From Amoebidium appalachense (taxonomy: Eukaryota > Protista > Ichthyosporea), in contig CAVNZM010000009.1 of assembly GCA_963693365.1 (NCBI GenBank), positions 6,850,171 through 6,914,170 of the forward strand: DNA of 64,000 nucleotides. The letters are read 5' to 3'. Shown here piece after piece: positions 62,803-64,000 of this stretch. The notes beneath the pieces are model-generated. The model worked only from the letters and a program-made list of their open reading frames with translations, did no database searches and was not told the DNA's origin. The translations under genes were made by a program, and so were the position numbers. Within the stretch, counting starts at the first letter, position 1, and each line of letters begins with the position of its first letter.

Positions 62803-62924
62803 GGTTAAGGTTCTCGAGTCGTAAACAACTCCGATTGCCCTCTCTTTATTTGTCTTTATTTATTTGTTTGTCGTGGTTACTGACACCTCTGTGCACTCTG
62901 TTTCCCGTATTACATGTGCAAAAC

Positions 62925-63190
<266 letters not shown>

Positions 63191-63290
63191 ACTGGATTGA
63201 CTGTTTGAGAAGAGCTCACCCCAAATAAGTTGAGCACAGTTGCACACCAAATGACAAGGCTTTGGGGGAGGGGGGAGAGGAGGGAGGGGG

Positions 63291-63372
<82 letters not shown>

Positions 63373-63449
63373 GGGAGGGAGGGGGGATGGAGGGGCGGAT
63401 TTCGAAGGGGGGGGAGGGGGGGGACTTTATAATGGGGACATAACATACC

Positions 63450-64000
63450 GTTTGTGTACTGGGCACGTTCATGCACATGTGCGCTTGGTTAGAGAAGCGG
63501 ATGGTTGGAAGGCAGTGTGTCGATACAAGTGGTTGGAAGACAGTGTGTAAATACACAAGCAGGCACAGGCTTGCAAGAGGACAACATGTGGATGTGCAGG
63601 TGAATGTACATGTAGTGCGTCTCACGAAACTACAATATTTTTTTTTCCCAGTTTGAATGGCGAAGTAAAGGTATCTCTCAGCATGGTTCTGCTCTTTATT
63701 TTTTATGTGCTGGTTAACCACCACAGGGTTATAACCATGCCCAGCTGCAGCTGGTTGGGCAATACTTTCAATTACTCTACCTCAAGTTGATCTGTAACGT
63801 TGCAGCCTGAAAGAACTCAACTGCTGCATGTGTGATACTAGCAGTTGTCAAACTGCCATCTGGTCATGACCAATTTCTCATGTAAGCTCATGTACGACTG
63901 ATAAACATCTAAATCTAAGGTGGTCGCCAATTTGTTATTGTATATATAGGAATCGTTGGAGTATCTGTATTCAGTATTAGCAGCCGTTAGCGTATGACTA
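63450..64000 (-). pseudogene. Decayed coding sequence homologous to 23240-24000, running off the window
   Basis: Shared DNA and peptide blocks as listed for 23240-24000. Confidence 0.5.

Noticed and set aside
63560-63724. HAE plus Cys motif as a deaminase, or CKP as a RAG1/Transib motif
   Set aside because: HAE is not kept in the homologous copy, there is no PCxxC, and spacing does not fit RAG1 or Transib.

Overview
Eukaryotic, intron-rich genomic DNA packed with (CA/TG)n, (GA/TC)n and very long poly-G/poly-C tracts. Most entries in the ORF track are microsatellite artefacts. Host genes: the last exon of a membrane-protein gene (224-443); an intronless Cys-rich/Thr-rich, probably GPI-anchored surface protein (3159-3815); an intronless plant-LHT-like amino acid transporter (7923-9413) with a 3' pseudogene copy (~27397-27825); and a ~33-exon, ~2,000-aa secreted mosaic gene (33512-52992: signal peptide, 6 PAN/apple, PA14, vWD, ~20 EGF/cbEGF). 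The ORF track misses this last gene, which I spliced by eye. Mobile DNA is nested. A LINE with an intact RT ORF and an unusual non-poly(A) 3' end is decapitated by a decayed Ty1/Copia element, whose 3' LTR carries a solo LTR. There is also a second LINE relic, a 5'-truncated LINE copy with a 10-bp TSD, further LTRs, a hAT-type MITE, and a young Ngaro-type tyrosine-recombinase retrotransposon (56365-61837) inside a Copia LTR. Animal-like extracellular modules plus CTAAC branch points suggest a unicellular holozoan such as an ichthyosporean; this is inference only. All domain calls come from motif recognition by eye, not from database searches.
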